DNA from: Octopus sinensis
Taxonomy: Eukaryota
Assembly: GCF_006345805.1 (NCBI RefSeq)
Contig: NC_043024.1
Span: 17,546,001 to 17,610,000 of the forward strand
Reading direction: 5' to 3'
DNA: 64,000 bases
Within the stretch, counting starts at the first letter, position 1. Each line of letters starts with the position of its first letter. Of the stretch, positions 63,653 to 64,000 are shown in pieces. Made by a program: the position numbers and the translations under genes. The notes beneath the pieces are model-generated. The model made no database searches. It saw only the letters and a list, made by a program, of their open reading frames with translations, and was not told the DNA's origin.

Positions 63653-63707
63653 GTGTCTGATGAATATGTTTGAGGTATTTCTCAACATATGAAACTATTA
63701 GTAGCAC
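63653..63707 (+). ncRNA. intact-looking type I hammerhead ribozyme in a PLE-type terminus (about 63530-63710)
   Basis: GTGT-CTGATGA-ATATGTT(t)GAG gtattt CTCAACATAT-GAAAC-TA t TA-GTA-GCAC. Full core, 10-bp stem II, 4-bp stem I (one G-U). Predicted cleavage after A63703. Confidence 0.75.
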
Positions 63708-64000
63708 TCGTTGTGTGTGTGTGTGTGGGGGCAAACACAGACATACAAACATATATATATATATATATATATATACAATATAAGAGAGCATCCACTATGT
63801 GGATACTCTTGCGTTAAAAATAGATCCGCAATGGTCTCAACCACCAAGAATTGTTCCCAAGGACGATTCGCACAACCATGAACGTAAGTGAGCAGGACAA
63901 ATGAAAAATAACAAAAATGTAGATTAATGCTAGACAATTGTTTCACTGTTAATAGATTATGCAATTTTACTTACACACTATAAATCCACAGCTCATCAGT

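Overview
Eukaryotic, AT-rich, repeat-dominated DNA with no intact protein-coding gene. The repeat families look like a coleoid cephalopod, most likely Octopus (my recognition, not a database result). It is probably intronic or intergenic. Most of the window is microsatellites [(TA)n, (CA)n, (TCTA)n, (ACC/AAC)n, (ATT)n] and many copies of at least 4 Pol III-type SINE families. It also holds RTE-LINE 3' fragments, two R4/Dong-like (RLE) LINE fragments, a Ty1/copia RNase H relic, a maT (DD37D) Tc1/mariner deletion derivative, mariner/hAT/piggyBac-like MITEs, three Helitron pieces and a 5S rRNA retropseudogene. Nearly all ORFs in the supplied track are microsatellite or transposon artefacts. The strongest signal the track misses is a set of minimal hammerhead ribozyme (HHR) motifs from several distinct Penelope-like element (PLE) termini, at 1010, 10146/10283, 34066, 52007, 63233 and 63653, two of them in fold-back inverted repeats. 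This class is known in other animals, so these are new instances rather than a new system. A few weak candidate host exons are flagged. No CRISPR array or prokaryotic-type system is present. Most repeat boundaries are approximate (about +/-20 nt).
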